Shown here: piece by piece, positions 57,717 through 57,842 of the stretch
Position numbering within the stretch: the first letter of the stretch is position 1
Layout of the letters: each line of letters opens with the position of its first letter
Assembly (NCBI GenBank): GCA_040758355.1
Contig: JBFLWF010000016.1
Location: 1 to 57,842 of the forward strand
Direction of reading: 5' to 3'
Length of the DNA: 57,842 nt
DNA from: Nitrospirota bacterium
Lineage (GTDB): Bacteria > Nitrospirota > Thermodesulfovibrionia > Thermodesulfovibrionales > Dissulfurispiraceae
Program-made: the position numbers and the translations under genes
The notes under the pieces: model-generated
Told to the model about the DNA's origin: nothing
Database searches by the model: none
The model's input: the letters and a program-made list of their open reading frames with translations, nothing else

Positions 57717-57842
57717 TGAGGTAGGATAAGAAAAGTGGACACCAAAAGTTGAGGTAAAATAAGTTAACGGAGGTGTTCAGATGGAAAGGTTACCGTATGG
57801 AAGGTACACGAAGGAATTTCGGCAGGAGGCAGTAAAACTTGT
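57717..57842 (+). mobile_element. IS3-family insertion sequence, left end and start of OrfA (partial)
   Basis: TG-starting end TGAGGTAGGATAAGAAAAGTGGACACC; GGAGG RBS; ATG 57781 encodes MERLPYGRYTKEFRQEAVKL (OrfA HTH). Confidence 0.85.

Overview
Bacterial chromosomal window, mostly housekeeping genes. Gene content and order suggest an anaerobic Nitrospirota (Thermodesulfovibrionia-like) or deltaproteobacterial-type organism; this is an inference. In order: cheW-MCP; pgpA-thpR-recA-pilT-recX-lipoprotein-alaS; phasin-ubiB; Rrf2 plus a two-subunit cytochrome bd-like/cytochrome c complex; acyl-CoA dehydrogenase-pmbA-queD-hpt (minus strand); an addB...addA helicase-nuclease pair split by yjbQ and a type I R-M island; SPFH, DedA and a histidine kinase; yceD-rpmF-plsX-fabH; amidohydrolase, GATase, AI-2E and a bacterial eRF1-like protein; a small integron-cassette-like patch; a peptide ABC transporter; dksA; ihfA-merR-tRNA-Pro; Crp/Fnr; porCDAB; mazEF; and the left end of an IS3-family element. 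The R-M island carries a disrupted YhcG gene, a palindrome-flanked GIY-YIG gene, a HEPN gene, a truncated four-helix-bundle gene and a Fic gene with a convergent candidate antitoxin. The most striking unexplained signal is about 17 tiny 6/7/8-bp tandem-repeat elements, often as inverted hairpin arms with different unit sequences, plus a family of GGGG-led hairpins. Many sit in frame inside conserved genes (alaS, pmbA, and at least 8 in addA/addB). Everything was read by eye and no searches were run, so coordinates of small elements are approximate to a few bp.
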